A stretch of DNA of 64,000 nt from Macrostomum lignano. Its lineage: Eukaryota. The stretch lies in assembly GCA_002269645.1 (NCBI GenBank), contig NIVC01000902.1, forward strand, positions 2,801-66,800, given 5' to 3'. The position numbers and the translations under genes were made by a program. The notes beneath the pieces are model-generated. The model worked only from the letters and a program-made list of their open reading frames with translations. It was not told the DNA's origin and ran no database searches. Below, in pieces: positions 62,245 through 64,000 of the stretch (position 1 is its first letter; every line of letters begins with the position of its first letter).

Positions 62245-62855
62245 GCCTTGACATCTCAGCAATTTCCCCAGTAAGCCTTGACATCTCAGCAATTTTCCCA
62301 GCAAGCCCTGACATCTCAGCAATTTTCCCAGCAAGCCTTGACATCTCAGCAATTTCCCCAGTAAGCCTTGACATCTCAGCAATTTCCCCAGTAAGCCTTG
62401 ACATCTCAGCAATTTTCCCAGCAAGCCTTGACATCTCAGCAATTTTCCCAGCAAGCCTTGACATCTCAGCAATTTTCCCAGTAAGCCTTGACATCTCAGC
62501 AATTTTCCCAGTAAGCCTTGACATCTCAGCAATTCTCCCAGCAAGCCTTGACATCTCAGCAATTTTCCCAGCAAGCCTTGACAACTCAGCAATTTCCCCA
62601 GCAAGCCTTGACATCTCAGCAATTTTCCCAGCATGCCTTGACATCTCAGCAATTCTCCCAGCAAGCCTTGACAACTCAGCAATTTCCCCAGCAAGCCTTG
62701 ACAACTCAGCAATTTCCCCAGCAAGCCTTGACAACTCAGCAATTTCCCCAGCAAGCCTTGACATCTCAGCAATTTCCCCAACAAGCCTTGACATCTCAGC
62801 AATTCTCCCAGCAAGCCTTGACATCTCAGCAATTCTCCCAGTCAGCCTTGACATC
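62245..62855. repeat. 30 bp minisatellite (gcaagccttgacatctcagcaattttccca)
   Basis: About 20 copies in an intron of the second gene. Confidence 0.97.
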
Positions 62856-64000
62856 CGACAAGAGGGGAGATAATGTTAGCAGAGATATGAGAGAATAGGA
62901 GAGATAGCTCATTGAGATTCTTATGCGGCAAAGTGTGTCCTAAAATATCAATTCCGATTTTGCTCAATTTTCTGAAGGAAAACTGCCCAAGCCTGTCATA
63001 TTTTCTCACGAAGCAGCTTGAAATATTTGTCACATTGTCTGTCAGACGAGCACAAAAGGTTCGATGTTGGCGCAGCAGCGTGTTTGCCTTGCATTCGCAG
63101 AAAAGTTGGCTCACATAGCATGCAAAAACCAACACTGCGCATCGCAAGCCTCATTAATTCATTTGGACATTGCACAAGCACGGGCCACAGCTTACTGTCT
63201 GATTCGCGCATTTTCCAGAATCCTCCTTTCCTGCTGCTCACTTTTGACTAATCTCTTAAGCAAAAAAGGACCACTAAAAGTAAAGCGCTGGAGAATGGTC
63301 CCTGCTTGAGCTGTATTGTAAAACCCCAGCTATTTGCATTCTTTGACAGTGCTGCAACTCAGCAAGCATTAGGCCCTTAAAAGTCAATGGTATTTTTCTG
63401 GCGGCATCTGCACAGTGTTCTCATCGCATACCCGAGGAGTATCGGTGAGCATTGGTGTGCAGCTCTGTTGCTAGCGACCGTCTGTTTTGAGAAGTTTTGC
63501 AGCTGTTTGAGACAAAAAACTCTACTCATCCTGAGTCTTTCCGATTCAGCGGCTGAAGAAAAGCAGCTTTTTTCTTCTATTTGCTTCTTTCCCCTGAGGA
63601 ATATTCAACAACAGGATTTGCTTGATCGGTCCGCTACTTACTGTTGGCAGCGTCAAGGAAAAGAAAAAGAAAAAGCATTCTTAATATGGAGAGGCTGGGC
63701 CAGTGAATTCCGTCACCTGCGCGCTGTCTCGCGTTGCATGGAGAGAAATTTCTCAGCAGAACTTGACGCTGCGAGGCGATGCAAAACAGCCGCGGCATTG
63801 AAGATAAAATTTCTGAAAACTCGAGCAAAACTGCTTGGCAATGCAAGCGAAATTTTTGGAACATTTTTTCATTTCGCAATAAAAAGTACAACTTCGGCAA
63901 ATAATCCTAGGGCTAAACGTTTTTGCATCGAAATCAAACAAATCGTTGCCACGACGTTGTTTCAGAATGCAACTGAAGGCAACAACAGAAGCAGGCCAGT

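Overview
Eukaryotic (animal) genomic DNA with GT-AG introns, GC-rich codons and introns packed with mini/microsatellites. The style suggests a repeat-rich invertebrate such as the flatworm Macrostomum; this is inference only. From left to right: (1) a decayed mariner with intact TIRs and TA target duplication (455-1582); (2) a 3-exon SLC35A2/A3-type nucleotide-sugar transporter gene with two apparent 1-nt frameshifts (2850-4663); (3) a very large + strand gene (8604 to at least 57528). I reconstructed about 46 exons by hand (~11.3 kb CDS, ~3,750 aa), encoding a secretory-pathway mosaic protein: signal peptide, ~18 Sushi/CCP-like domains, 8 WSC domains, 5 C-type-lectin-like domains, 4 short SCxE cysteine mini-domains, one discoidin-like domain and one unassigned domain; (4) inside that gene, a 5'-truncated Ngaro/PAT-type tyrosine-recombinase retrotransposon (32025-35974) flanked by an apparently identical 2,233-bp direct duplication of host DNA that copies two exons in frame; (5) the start of a tandem paralogue (60470 onward). 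The best leads are the mosaic protein family itself, a WSC domain split by a lectin-like exon cassette, serial Sushi domains that have lost the same disulfide pair, the YR-associated exon duplication, and a minisatellite built from a splice acceptor. Exon boundaries are manual, and domain names come from motif recognition, not HMM searches.
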